64,000 nt of DNA from an uncultured delta proteobacterium (GTDB lineage Bacteria; Desulfobacterota; Desulfobacteria; Desulfobacterales; QNYZ01): NCBI GenBank assembly GCA_963845145.1, contig CAWJQU010000005.1:160001-224000 (forward strand). The letters are read 5' to 3'. Below, piece after piece: positions 39,071 to 49,044 of this stretch (position 1 is the first letter of the stretch; the number at the start of each line of letters is the position of its first letter). The notes under the pieces were generated by a model that searched no databases, had not been told where the DNA came from, and saw only the letters and a program-made list of their open reading frames with translations. A program made the position numbers and the translations under genes.

Positions 39071-40237
39071 GTGAGCCCTATTAGCCAACAATTGCAGGAA
39101 TGGTTAGTCCAGATCCGAAGAGATTTTCACATGCACCCGGAGACGGCCTATGAAGAAGTTAGAACAACCGATCGAATTGCCGAAATACTGACCGAGCTGG
39201 GCCTTGAGGTGAGACGTTTCGATGATATGACCGGTGTGGTGGGCCTGTTGCGCGGGGGCCAAAGTGGGCCTACTGTCGGCCTTCGGGCGGATATTGATGC
39301 GTTAAACCTGCAAGAGTTAAACGATGTTAAGTATAAATCTCAAACCGACGGTAAAATGCACGCCTGCGGTCATGATGCCCACGCCACAATCATGCTGGGC
39401 GTCGCGAAGCACATGGTTGAAAGCGGGATTGGCAAGACCCTGAAAGGAAACGTCAAGTTCTTCTTCCAGCCGGCCGAAGAGGGTGGCGCAGGCGCGAAGA
39501 AAATGATCGATCGGGGGGTCATGCAAGACCCTGATGTGGACACGGTGATGGCCGGCCATATGCTACCCGATATGCCGTTGGGCCAAATCGGCGTTTTCGA
39601 GGGTCAGAGCCACGCTTCTGCGGATCGCTTCACGGTCACGTTCATTGGCCAGGGCGGTCACGGGGGGCGCCCCCATCAGGTTCGTGACCCCATCGTTGCA
39701 GCCGCCAACTGGATCACGACCGTCCAGGCCGCAGCCGCCCGAAGTATCGACCCCTTGGATTCGGTTGTTGTGACAGTGGGAAGTATTCATGGCGGCAACG
39801 CCTCAAATGTTGTACCCCGCGAGGTTAAGCTGGAAGGCACCACCCGGGCGATCGGCGATGGTGTCCAAGCCCGTATTCGAGAACGGATGAAAGAGATCAG
39901 CAAAGGTGTTGCATCCGCTTTTGATGTCGCGTGCAATCTGGATTTTACCGATGGCTATCCGGCCGTCATCAATGATTCCGGTATTTCCCGGCTTCTGTAT
40001 GACACAGCCATCGACCTTTTTGGAAAAGATAGGGCCGAGTACATGCGCCCCAGCACCGGCGGCGAGGATTTCGCTTTTTTCGCCCAGCAAAAGCCCAGTG
40101 CCATCATTCGGTTGGGCTGCGGGCCATCCAGTGGTGGCTTTAATCCACTTCACTCACCCTATTTTGATATTGACGAACGGATTCTTGGCTTGGGAGTGGA
40201 ACTGTTTACCGCGGCGGTGCAGCGGTATTTGGGGTAG
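39071..40237 (+). CDS. M20D amidohydrolase
   Basis: RRDFHMHPE, RADIDAL, MHACGHD, FQPAEE, GEDF and LHSP motifs. Confidence 0.95.
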   Translation: MSPISQQLQEWLVQIRRDFHMHPETAYEEVRTTDRIAEILTELGLEVRRFDDMTGVVGLLRGGQSGPTVGLRADIDALNLQELNDVKYKSQTDGKMHACGHDAHATIMLGVAKHMVESGIGKTLKGNVKFFFQPAEEGGAGAKKMIDRGVMQDPDVDTVMAGHMLPDMPLGQIGVFEGQSHASADRFTVTFIGQGGHGGRPHQVRDPIVAAANWITTVQAAAARSIDPLDSVVVTVGSIHGGNASNVVPREVKLEGTTRAIGDGVQARIRERMKEISKGVASAFDVACNLDFTDGYPAVINDSGISRLLYDTAIDLFGKDRAEYMRPSTGGEDFAFFAQQKPSAIIRLGCGPSSGGFNPLHSPYFDIDERILGLGVELFTAAVQRYLG

Positions 40238-40247
40238 AAGCAGCTTC

Positions 40248-40313
40248 TTTTCGGAGCGATACCGGGACTTCAGGGAGCGAGGGCTCCCCTACGGCCTGTA
40301 TGATTCTCTGTGT
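40248..40313 (-). mobile_element. Possible remnant of group IIC intron domain I
   Basis: Minus strand ACACAGAGAATCATACAGGCCGTAGGGGAGCCCTCGCTCCCTGAAG…TATCGCTCCGAAA resembles 5' segments of group IIC introns (recalled, not searched). Confidence 0.4.
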
Positions 40314-40343
40314 GACGTCCCTTGAACACCGATGTTCTGCACC

Positions 40344-40562
40344 TTATGGTGTCCAATTTAATGAAAGCTTGCGGTTAGATTGAACGCAATCACGTAAATA
40401 TAGATTGATTAGGTTTTGATATGGAACGCCGGTTTCCTCTGCTAATTCTTTAAAGTGTTCTATGATATCAACACCTATCCGGATGGTTACTTGTTTTTTT
40501 AAATTTTTCGAATGCGGATTTTTATGGCCTTTCATTTTGCCAAAATCATATTCTTTTCTCAT
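40344..40562 (-). CDS. brnA: BrnA-family antitoxin
   Basis: MRKEYDF…KKQVTIR…FKELAEETGVPYQNLINLYLRDC. Confidence 0.92.
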   Translation of the reverse strand: MRKEYDFGKMKGHKNPHSKNLKKQVTIRIGVDIIEHFKELAEETGVPYQNLINLYLRDCVQSNRKLSLNWTP

Positions 40563-40852
40563 AATGGCCTCCTAAAATAAACTTTTTGTTCTTTCTTAGT
40601 CGCTTTCCTTGCTGAAATGATACGAATTACCGAATCATCACCGCGGTAGCAATGGCAAACAACTAAAACGCTAAGGCTCTGACTAAAACCTAAGAGTAAA
40701 AATCTTTCTTCATCAATGGAATGATCTGGATCATCAAATTCAATTGCGCTTTCATCAAAGAATACCGTCTGTGCCTCTTCAAATGAAATACCGTGTTTGG
40801 TTTGATTGCCGATATTTTTAGTATCATTCCATTCAAAGATTAATTTGTTCAT
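40559..40852 (-). CDS. brnT: BrnT-family toxin (DUF497 RNase)
   Basis: FEWN..KN..N..KHGISFEEA…EERF…IRIISARKA. Confidence 0.95.
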   Translation of the reverse strand: MNKLIFEWNDTKNIGNQTKHGISFEEAQTVFFDESAIEFDDPDHSIDEERFLLLGFSQSLSVLVVCHCYRGDDSVIRIISARKATKKEQKVYFRRPL

Positions 40853-40858
40853 AATTAT

Positions 40859-40887
40859 ATTGTAAATATATTATAATTATATGTCAA
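40859..40887 (-). promoter_or_regulatory. Sigma70 promoter predicting leaderless brnT mRNA
   Basis: TTGACA-17 bp-TACAAT-6 bp-ATG; ATAATTATAT is repeated at 40851 and 40873. Confidence 0.8.
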
Positions 40888-41055
40888 TCGATTATGCAGA
40901 AAATTTTTTGGCGCAGAACATATATCAAAGTGTCTTAGATCAGCCGTCTATTTGAAACTTTTACATCGCGTACTATCTTTGGTTATTTAGCCATCAACAT
41001 TTTTTAGTTCATAAACGACAAATAATGAGAAATTCAACCAATCGGAGGAGTCAAA

Positions 41056-42009
41056 ATGACATCTTATACGTATCAAGGGAAAACCATCGTACCGGCCTTA
41101 GGCCTGGGAACCTGGAAATCAAATAAAGGCGATGTCACCGGTGCCGTGAAAGAAGCCTTAAATATCGGTTACCGCCATATCGATTGTGCCAGGGTTTATG
41201 AAAACGAAGCGGCCATCGGCGAGGCGTTTGCTGCGAAGATGGGGCCCGGCGGCGTTTCCCGGGACGACGTGTGGGTGACCTCAAAACTGTGGAATAACGC
41301 CCATCTGCCCGAGGATGTCCAACCGGCTTTAAAGCAAACGTTGTCCGATCTGAAGCTTGACTATCTTGATCTCTACCTGATCCACTGGCCGGTGGCATTT
41401 CGTCCGACGGTGTTCTTCCCCAAAAGCACGGCCGACTATCTCTCACTTGACGAGGTACCGATTATCGAAACCTGGCAAGCCCTGGAAGCGTGCGTTGGTC
41501 TGGGGCTGGTCAAACATATCGGCGTTTGTAATTTCAGCATAAAAAAACTCGCCGATCTGCTTTCAAAGGCAACGATTCCGCCCATGATGAATCAGATTGA
41601 ATTGCACCCCTATTTACCCCAGGAAGAAATGCTGAGTTATTGCAGGAAAAATGAGGTCTTGGTCACCGCCTACTCACCGCTGGGTTCAACGGATCGCCCC
41701 AGTCGTATGAAGAAGAAAGATGAACCGTCTTTGTTGACGCATCCTGCCATTCAAACCATTGCGAATAAGCATGATATTTCCGCAGCCCAGGTCCTTTTGG
41801 CGTGGGCATTGAAAAGAGAGACTGTCGTCATTCCAAAATCCGTTAATCCGCAACGGCTCAGGGAAAATTTTGCAGCTCAGAACTTAATTCTCGATGCAGA
41901 CGATATGGGCGTACTAGCAGAACTTGCCATGGACTATCGCTATGTGGATGGTTCTTTCTTTAACGCCCCGGAATCAGGATACGCAAAGGGCACGTTATGG
42001 GATGCGTAA
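41056..42009 (+). CDS. Aldo/keto reductase (AKR1-like)
   Basis: GLGTW, GYRHIDCA..Y, TSKLW, LYLIHWP and IPKS motifs. Confidence 0.95.
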   Translation: MTSYTYQGKTIVPALGLGTWKSNKGDVTGAVKEALNIGYRHIDCARVYENEAAIGEAFAAKMGPGGVSRDDVWVTSKLWNNAHLPEDVQPALKQTLSDLKLDYLDLYLIHWPVAFRPTVFFPKSTADYLSLDEVPIIETWQALEACVGLGLVKHIGVCNFSIKKLADLLSKATIPPMMNQIELHPYLPQEEMLSYCRKNEVLVTAYSPLGSTDRPSRMKKKDEPSLLTHPAIQTIANKHDISAAQVLLAWALKRETVVIPKSVNPQRLRENFAAQNLILDADDMGVLAELAMDYRYVDGSFFNAPESGYAKGTLWDA

Positions 42010-42042
42010 TTAACTATATATTCACGCTAATTTAAATATCAA

Positions 42043-43680
42043 TCAATTAGTTTCGTCTTCCAAATCATCGCGTCTCTGGTTAGGGACTTCATTAATCCGC
42101 CCTGCTGATAGATAGATTGACCCCCCATCCGGGGAAAATTTTATGGCATTGGAAAGCAAATTATAGAGGATTTGTTTGAGTTTCCGTTCATCGGCAACAA
42201 TGGTTTCAGGAATCGAGTCAATATTAGTCAACAGTTCGACCCGATGCTTCAACGCATTCTCCTTGATCACAGTCAGGCTATCTTCGAGCAACTCAGTTAA
42301 CCTTACTTCCGAAGGATGCAGTTCCATTTTACCTGCCTCCACTTTAGCAAGATCTAATATATCGTTGATCAAAGAAAGGAGATGCGTGCTGCTATGGTAA
42401 ACATTTTTCAGGTAGTCTTCCTGGACCTCGTTTAGCTCGCCAAAATGTTTATCAATCACCAACTCCGTGAACCCAATAATATGATTTAGTGGCGTTCGGA
42501 GCTCATGGCTCATATTGGCTAAAAATTCAGATTTCGCCCTACTGGCCCGCTCGGCAATCTCCTTCGCTTTTTGTGAAGCCTGCTCTGCCCGAATGCGCTC
42601 AGCGATTTCAAGGTGCAAATTTTCATTGGCTTTCACAAGCTCAGCAGTTCGCTCATCGACTCTGGCCTCCAGCTTGTCATGAGCCTTGAGGAGCGTTTTC
42701 TCAGCCAGCTTGCGTGCTGTAATATCCGTGGCGATCTGCAGCCGAACAAAACGCCCATCGTCCCACTTTATAGCCCGATCATAATTTATGTACCACTTTT
42801 TGGTAACCGGGTTTTTACATTCCCAAATACAAACCCCGGTTGGATTACCTACCGCATTAAGCAGTTTATCATTAGTGCAGTGAGGGCAGGCTTTCTCGTA
42901 ATTACGAAACACATCCCAGCAGATACTCCCCACCAAATCAGCGCCAAAGATTTCTTGCATATGCTTATTCATGAAAAGAATTTCGTATGTTTCCATGTCA
43001 GCAACATAAACATCGGCTTCGATGCTGTCTAAAACCATAAGAAATCGTTCATGGGATCTTTTCAAGGCTTCTTCTGCCTGCTTGCGCTCATCGATTTCTA
43101 TTTTTACGCGTTCATGTGCCAGACAACCTTCAAGTGAAACTGTAAATTTGGAAATGACATTCCTCAGCTGATTCAGCTCCATCTCTTTGAAGGCGCTTTC
43201 CTTGGTCATGGAGTAGAGCTTCAGTACGCCAAGTTTTCCCAACGCAAAAATGGCAAAAGCGCCTTTTCGCACATCTTTTTCAATAATAAATTCAGAGAAC
43301 CGCGCCTCTGAAGAAGAAATAGAAAAGGTTTCTTGGTTCTCGAGCATGGTGAAAAGCGGATGGCTGAGGGAAAGAACCTTCGCGTTGGCTCGCGATTGTG
43401 GGGTGGCATATATTAATTGGGCCGTATCTTCAGGCTTGGGTTCACTAGAACCGGGTTGATCGATTTGGGGTAGATACTCTTTTCTGATCCAAACGGCTGC
43501 ATAGCTTAGATTCTTTCTTGCCATGAGTGCTTTCAGAAATGCATCACAATTCGATTTCAGATCCAATGACTGTCCGATTGAAAGCGAAAGCTCATATAGA
43601 ACAGAGATGTTTTGAACGATAGTCGCGAAGTCTTCTTTGGGCACGTCGAAAAATCCTATGGTTTTGAATAACCCACACAA
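42043..43680 (-). pseudogene. Cytoplasmic PAS sensor histidine kinase, C-terminally truncated
   Basis: H-box FLANMSHELRTPL and N-box NLLSNAIKF are present; the ORF stops before the G1, F and G2 boxes. Confidence 0.8.
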
Positions 43681-44783
43681 ATTACGATAGTCTTATTAAA
43701 AAACTCGAGATAGCCTTCCCCATATGAAGAAATTTCGCCAAGCGTTAAAACCCCGAAAGGCGTTATCTTCTGATCAATGGCACCCATTTTAATGCTGACC
43801 TGTTCCAATTCCTTCGTATATTCTTCTTCAAGGAAGATGACTCTTGAAATACAATCTACAACCATACAATGGCTGATTATTTCATCATTGATGGTGAGAC
43901 AATCGTCGACCGCCTGTCCCACCGCTCGAATCAAGGTCTCCTTTTTTCCTTTTAGGATACTCAGTACTGTATTCTCGGGAACCTCGCCAACACAGATGAG
44001 TTCCCCTTTTTCATTTGTACTGATGGGGTCTCGAACGACATCTTCCATTCCTTCTTTGATAATGCCAAACGGATAACCCTTGGCAATATCAAAAAAATTA
44101 TCCGCGGTCAGACTTTCCCCCGAATCCGACTCCACCACATCTTTATATACGGAGAATGCGCTATTCCAGTTCAATTCTTTAATCGTATTGCTGTCCGTAT
44201 TCGTTGCGACAACCGGCCCCGCTATTTTTTCCCAACCATGCCGAACCCCCAGGTGGCTTTCTAACTGGATAAACGAAATAATAGCCGCGTCTTGGAAAAA
44301 ACCTTCAGCGCTGAAAAGACAAGGTTTTTGCTCTAGGGTCAAGGAGCCGGCTCCCCCGCCGAAATAATGGACTGTATTTCCAAGCTGATTATATAGCCCG
44401 GAAAGGAACATTCCGATACCTGCGCACAATCCATCGACAAAAACCACGGCTGTAGCTTTTTTGTTTAAATTTTGGGGCATTTTCGATTCTATATCCGCCA
44501 CGATTTTTTCTTCATTGTTTAAATCACTGAGGAGGACAGGCTCCCCGTATGATGGGAACACGGTTATTAATGCGCCTTTGTCATGTTTTTCAGTACCATG
44601 AATAAGACCAGGAAAAATACCACCGAAAAAATTGATTTTTCTTTTATTTAATTCGGTAACAATTGACAAAATATCAGCCGAATGATCCTCTGCTAACATA
44701 ATCATGACGACATCGTCTTCTTTAATTTTAAGGTCACAAATTCCCGCAACGATATCTTTTGATTCGGTTTTTGACAGAAACAT
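43656..44783 (-). CDS. FIST N+C domain signal protein
   Basis: FFGGIFPG, FVDG, FGGGAG, HGW, VVRDP, DCISR, GEI and FFNKT motifs. Confidence 0.9.
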   Translation of the reverse strand: MFLSKTESKDIVAGICDLKIKEDDVVMIMLAEDHSADILSIVTELNKRKINFFGGIFPGLIHGTEKHDKGALITVFPSYGEPVLLSDLNNEEKIVADIESKMPQNLNKKATAVVFVDGLCAGIGMFLSGLYNQLGNTVHYFGGGAGSLTLEQKPCLFSAEGFFQDAAIISFIQLESHLGVRHGWEKIAGPVVATNTDSNTIKELNWNSAFSVYKDVVESDSGESLTADNFFDIAKGYPFGIIKEGMEDVVRDPISTNEKGELICVGEVPENTVLSILKGKKETLIRAVGQAVDDCLTINDEIISHCMVVDCISRVIFLEEEYTKELEQVSIKMGAIDQKITPFGVLTLGEISSYGEGYLEFFNKTIVICVGYSKP

Positions 44784-45090
44784 TTTTTACCTCCAGAAAA
44801 AAGTCCAGCGAATGATATATAGTATTATCGGCCATCAAGCGTGAAAGATAAGGAAAAGTTTCAGAAGAATAATTAACGCGTTATTTTGTTTTCCCCATCC
44901 AGTGTTGGGGGAGACTTATTTTGATAATTTATCTATGAGTTATATCGTTTATGCATTGTTAATTAAGATAAACACCGCTCGAACCCGGAAACCACGGCGT
45001 GCCAGGGTTGCCGCGGATGTGACAGGGTTTGTACTCAAGTAAATATTTGGGATTAGAGGAAATTTTGGTATCCGGATCTTAACAACAGAG

Positions 45091-45119
45091 TTGACAGGCC
45101 CCACTATTGAGCGTATGTT
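45091..45119 (+). promoter_or_regulatory. Sigma70 promoter of the helicase gene
   Basis: TTGACA-17 bp-TATGTT. Confidence 0.7.
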
Positions 45120-45163
45120 GAGCGAAATTAACTGCAGTTTCTGAAAAAAAACGAAAATATCGT

Positions 45164-45195
45164 AAGCCTCGGAATGCATCCGGGGCTTTTTTTTT
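45164..45195 (+). terminator. Intrinsic terminator-like hairpin in the 5' leader
   Basis: AAGCCTCGGA-ATGCA-TCCGGGGCTT plus T-run, between promoter and RBS. Confidence 0.7.
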
Positions 45196-45226
45196 GCAGA
45201 ATGCAACAACGTAAGGAAATACCATT

Positions 45227-46540
45227 TTGAACGATTTTAACACCTTTGACCTTCATCCCGATGTAGCGGCAGGCGCCGCTATTGCCGGCTACACTACCCC
45301 TACGCCTATTCAGAGCCAAGCGATCCCGACTGTCCTTAAAGGCCGAGACGTCATGGGCCTGGCCCAAACCGGCACCGGTAAAACGGCTGCGTTTGTGCTG
45401 CCGATTTTGAATCGTCTGATTAAAGGCAAGCGTGGGGTTTTACGCGCCCTGATTGTGGCGCCTACCCGCGAGCTGGCCGAACAGATCCACGACGCCATCG
45501 GCGTGTTGGGACGCAAAACCCACCTGCGCAGTGCCACTTCTTATGGCGGCGTCAACATTAATCCTCAGATCAAGCAGCTGCAGCGGGGTGTGGACATACT
45601 CGTCGCCTGCCCGGGCCGCTTGCTGGACCATGTCGGTCGTGGAACGGCGAACTTATCCCGACTGGAAGTTCTCGTTTTAGACGAAGCCGATCATATGTTC
45701 GATATGGGTTTTTTGCCCGACATTCGGCGCATCATTGCCAAAACGCCTCAAAAGCGCCAAACGCTTCTGTTTTCGGCAACCATGCCAAAAGAGATCAGAC
45801 ATCTTTCCATGGAAACGCTTACGAATCCCATAACCGTCAAAGTAGGTCGTACGGCGCCGGTCGAAACGGTCAGCCATGCCCTTTACCCCGTTGCCCACCA
45901 TCTCAAGACGGCCATGTTGATCAAGCTGCTGGGAGACATCCATACCAAATCAGTGCTGATTTTTACCCGCACCAAACATCGCGCCAAACAGCTGGGCGTA
46001 AAGTTGGGTAAAGCCGGCCACAATGCAACCTCTCTACAGGGCAACCTGTCCCAAAACCGGCGCAAGGCGGCTTTGGATGGCTTTCGGGACGGCTCTTTTC
46101 ATATCCTGGTGGCAACCGATATCGCCGCCCGCGGTATCGATGTTACCCGCGTATCCCATGTGATCAATTATGATATCCCCGACACACCCGAGGCTTATAT
46201 TCATCGTATCGGCAGGACCGGCCGCGCCACCCGCACCGGCGAGGCCTTTACCTTGGCGACCGATGAGGACCAAAGCATGGTACGTAGTATTGAACGGCTA
46301 TTGGGTGGCCCTATCGAGCGCAAACTTCTGGAAGATTTTGATTACCGGGTTCCGGCAACCGGGCGCAATTCAAAACCTTCTCAAACCCGACGAACACCCA
46401 GCCGCAACCGCCGACCTGCTGTAACGGTTAAGGCGAAAAAAGACCAAGGCACATGGATGCACCGCAATTATTCCAACCCATTGAAAGTGAATCGTCGCAC
46501 AACCCGCCGCACACCATCAACAGTGTCTGCCAACGCCTAA
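45227..46540 (+). CDS. DEAD-box RNA helicase (RhlE-like)
   Basis: Q motif, AQTGTGKT, PTRELA, DEAD, SAT and HRIGRTGR; basic C-terminal tail. Confidence 0.96.
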   Translation: MNDFNTFDLHPDVAAGAAIAGYTTPTPIQSQAIPTVLKGRDVMGLAQTGTGKTAAFVLPILNRLIKGKRGVLRALIVAPTRELAEQIHDAIGVLGRKTHLRSATSYGGVNINPQIKQLQRGVDILVACPGRLLDHVGRGTANLSRLEVLVLDEADHMFDMGFLPDIRRIIAKTPQKRQTLLFSATMPKEIRHLSMETLTNPITVKVGRTAPVETVSHALYPVAHHLKTAMLIKLLGDIHTKSVLIFTRTKHRAKQLGVKLGKAGHNATSLQGNLSQNRRKAALDGFRDGSFHILVATDIAARGIDVTRVSHVINYDIPDTPEAYIHRIGRTGRATRTGEAFTLATDEDQSMVRSIERLLGGPIERKLLEDFDYRVPATGRNSKPSQTRRTPSRNRRPAVTVKAKKDQGTWMHRNYSNPLKVNRRTTRRTPSTVSANA

Positions 46541-46576
46541 CCTGAAAACCCATGTACGATTATCACCTGAAATAAA

Positions 46577-46600
46577 AGGGACGACCGGCAGGCCGTCCCT
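46577..46600. terminator. Hairpin between convergent genes
   Basis: AGGGACGACC-GGCA-GGCCGTCCCT with an A-rich left flank. Confidence 0.6.
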
Positions 46601-46618
46601 CTGAGGACTCACCCAGTA

Positions 46619-46963
46619 TTACAAAAATGCCTGATAAAGCCACAAAGCAGCCATCCCCGAACAAATGGTATATATGGTGTTTCGTGTGAGTACCGCGACG
46701 ATAGCAGCGATAAGGGCCGCTGGAATGCGATCGTTATACAGTGAAAAGGCATAGTGACCGTTTTGGGTGAGGATGGGGGGCAAAATGAGGGCGGACAATG
46801 CCGCCGGAGGCACAAAGCGTAAGAGCCGCGTGATGGTTTCCGGGACCTGACGATCGGCAAACAGATGGATAAAAGAGAGTCTTAACAAAAACGTCACCAC
46901 ACCAATCACCAGCAACAGAATCCAAAGATTGCCCGAACTCAAATGTGTCGTCATGTCAGTCAC
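46619..46963 (-). CDS. azlD: AzlD-family membrane protein
   Basis: TFLLRLSF…LRFVPPAALSALI…GM; overlaps azlC. Confidence 0.88.
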   Translation of the reverse strand: MTDMTTHLSSGNLWILLLVIGVVTFLLRLSFIHLFADRQVPETITRLLRFVPPAALSALILPPILTQNGHYAFSLYNDRIPAALIAAIVAVLTRNTIYTICSGMAALWLYQAFL

Positions 46964-47723
46964 GTGTTTTCCTCCTCAAGAATGATTCTGCACCAAACCC
47001 CACCAAAATACCGCTGAGTGTCGCGATAATGATGCTGATATTCATCGGCAGGTTGAATCCGGCCACAGCGATAAAACCCGAGGTCAGCGCGGCCACGCCG
47101 GCGGCGACGTCTCTCAGGTTGGGCAGCATAATCGCCATGAAGGTCAACGGAACGGCAAAATCCAACGACCAGGATTCGGGAATCTTCAAGCCGACAATGA
47201 CACCAATCACCGTACCGATCTGCCACAGCACCCATAGGGGTATGGCGCATCCCAAATAGAACCAGAGTTTCTGTCTTTGCATGTCATGCCTGCCGTACCG
47301 AATGATGGAAATCGCATAAGCTTGGTCGGTGAGCAGATACGCGGAAAGCCATTTCCAAAACCGACTGATCCCATTGAAATGAGGCGACAGCGACGCGCTG
47401 TACATCACAAATCGAAAATTGATGATAAGCGCTGTCAAACAAATGACGATGGGCGGCGCATTATTCCCAAGAAGATCCGCAGCTGCCAGCTGTGAAGCCC
47501 CGGCGAATATGATGAAAGACATGGCAACAGCCGCAAACGGCTCAATGCCGGCGCCTATCTGGGCAACTCCCGCGATAAGGGAAAATGGCAAAACACCCAG
47601 CAATATCGGGCTAATGCCCCGAACCCCGGCCCAAAATGCGACAGGGGAAGTGATATCGGCACGATTGGAATGCGCTTCATCTGTTTCGACAAGTTTCATT
47701 GTATTACGAATAGGTTCAGGCAT
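46956..47723 (-). CDS. azlC: AzlC-family amino acid exporter
   Basis: MSFIIFAGASQ, INFRF.MYS, YLLTDQAYA and LDFA motifs. Confidence 0.92.
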   Translation of the reverse strand: MPEPIRNTMKLVETDEAHSNRADITSPVAFWAGVRGISPILLGVLPFSLIAGVAQIGAGIEPFAAVAMSFIIFAGASQLAAADLLGNNAPPIVICLTALIINFRFVMYSASLSPHFNGISRFWKWLSAYLLTDQAYAISIIRYGRHDMQRQKLWFYLGCAIPLWVLWQIGTVIGVIVGLKIPESWSLDFAVPLTFMAIMLPNLRDVAAGVAALTSGFIAVAGFNLPMNISIIIATLSGILVGFGAESFLRRKTRD

Positions 47724-47828
47724 AATCGCTTCTTTCTTGACGATAGTGAACGAACGATATACAAAATAACGCACAAATGATTGTGTTAATGTACCAACCG
47801 ATCTATATAAAGTCAATATGTGTGTTAT

Positions 47829-48383
47829 ATGAAACATGATGCGTATGCTGTCTCAAAAAACCTCAAAGAGGTCCGCGCCCGTCGCAACCTGAGTCTTGAT
47901 CAGTTGTCCGAATTGACCGGCGTGAGCAAGAGCATGCTCCGCCAAATCGAAACCGGAAAGTCGAGCCCCACCATTTCCACCATCTGGAAAATCGCTAACG
48001 GCCTGCGCCTATCCTTTACCGCCCTTCTCGCCAAACAGGATCCGGATGTCGCGATTATGGCGTTTACCAAAAAAGAACCATTGACCGATAGCAAGGGCGG
48101 GTATCGGGTTTATCCCATGATTCCCTTTGATCCCGAGCACGCCTTTGAGATCTACCATGTCCAAATTGATCCAGGCGTATCGTTTGATGGTGAACCCCAC
48201 GAGGGTAATGTAGAAGAATTGCTGTTTATCCAGGCGGGCCATGTGCGTATAACCATTGACAACAATCATTACGAAGCGGAAGCCGATCATTGCATCCGGT
48301 TCAAGGCCGACCTGCCACATCGGTATGAAAATATCGGTAATGTTACCACCAGGCTGATTATGATGTTGAGTTACCTGCCATAA
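47829..48383 (+). CDS. XRE-cupin transcriptional regulator
   Basis: LSLDQLSELTGVSKSML.QIE.GKSSPTI.T.WKIA plus cupin domain (PH…F.AD.PH.Y.N). Confidence 0.92.
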   Translation: MKHDAYAVSKNLKEVRARRNLSLDQLSELTGVSKSMLRQIETGKSSPTISTIWKIANGLRLSFTALLAKQDPDVAIMAFTKKEPLTDSKGGYRVYPMIPFDPEHAFEIYHVQIDPGVSFDGEPHEGNVEELLFIQAGHVRITIDNNHYEAEADHCIRFKADLPHRYENIGNVTTRLIMMLSYLP

Positions 48384-48408
48384 TTTCAGGATAGCATGTT
48401 GAGAAACC

Positions 48409-48950
48409 TTGGACACCTCAAAATATAAAAACGCCGTTTTCTATGTCATGAGCGGTACCGGCAATACCTACCGTATGGCTTGCTGGATAAAGGAATGGCT
48501 CAGCCGCATAATCTGGACAGATAAAAGATTAGTCATGATCGAAGAAGCGGATGTGGAAAAAGATTTGGCTCATTCCACGGCTATTCTCGTCGGGATGCTT
48601 CTTTCCGACGCATGGGTTTATGCCGCCCTGGTCAATGATCAAGTTTTTATTAAGGATGCCGAAGTGCAAAAGGGGGTTTCGGCACTGTGCGCAGCCACCC
48701 GCGGCGCCTATAGGGTTGGGCCTGTGAGCATCCCTGGTGCGTCGGGCTTGGCCAACTTTTTTGCAGCTATCATTATGTTTATAAAAGGATTTCGGTCAGG
48801 GCTATATTTAGCCTGGACATGCCGTCCAATCTTATTAATTTTCACTGGGGACTGCATCCCAAAAATGTAGCGGCAATATCGAACGAAGGCAGAGAAGAAG
48901 TTGGCGCAATTGGTGCCCCGTATCATGCAAGGGCGCGAGTATATTTTAGA
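48409..48950 (+). pseudogene. EFR1-family flavodoxin/ferredoxin fragment, frameshifted and truncated
   Basis: SGTGNT in one frame; FPTHGFMPPW and LDMPSN in another; no C-terminal ferredoxin. Confidence 0.75.
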
Positions 48951-49044
48951 TCATCACCCGGAAGCCAGGCTTAAAGATCTGACTAATAAAAAAGGAAAGC
49001 GGTAAGTAAACATAATAACCAACAAATAATATGGATGGGGAATT

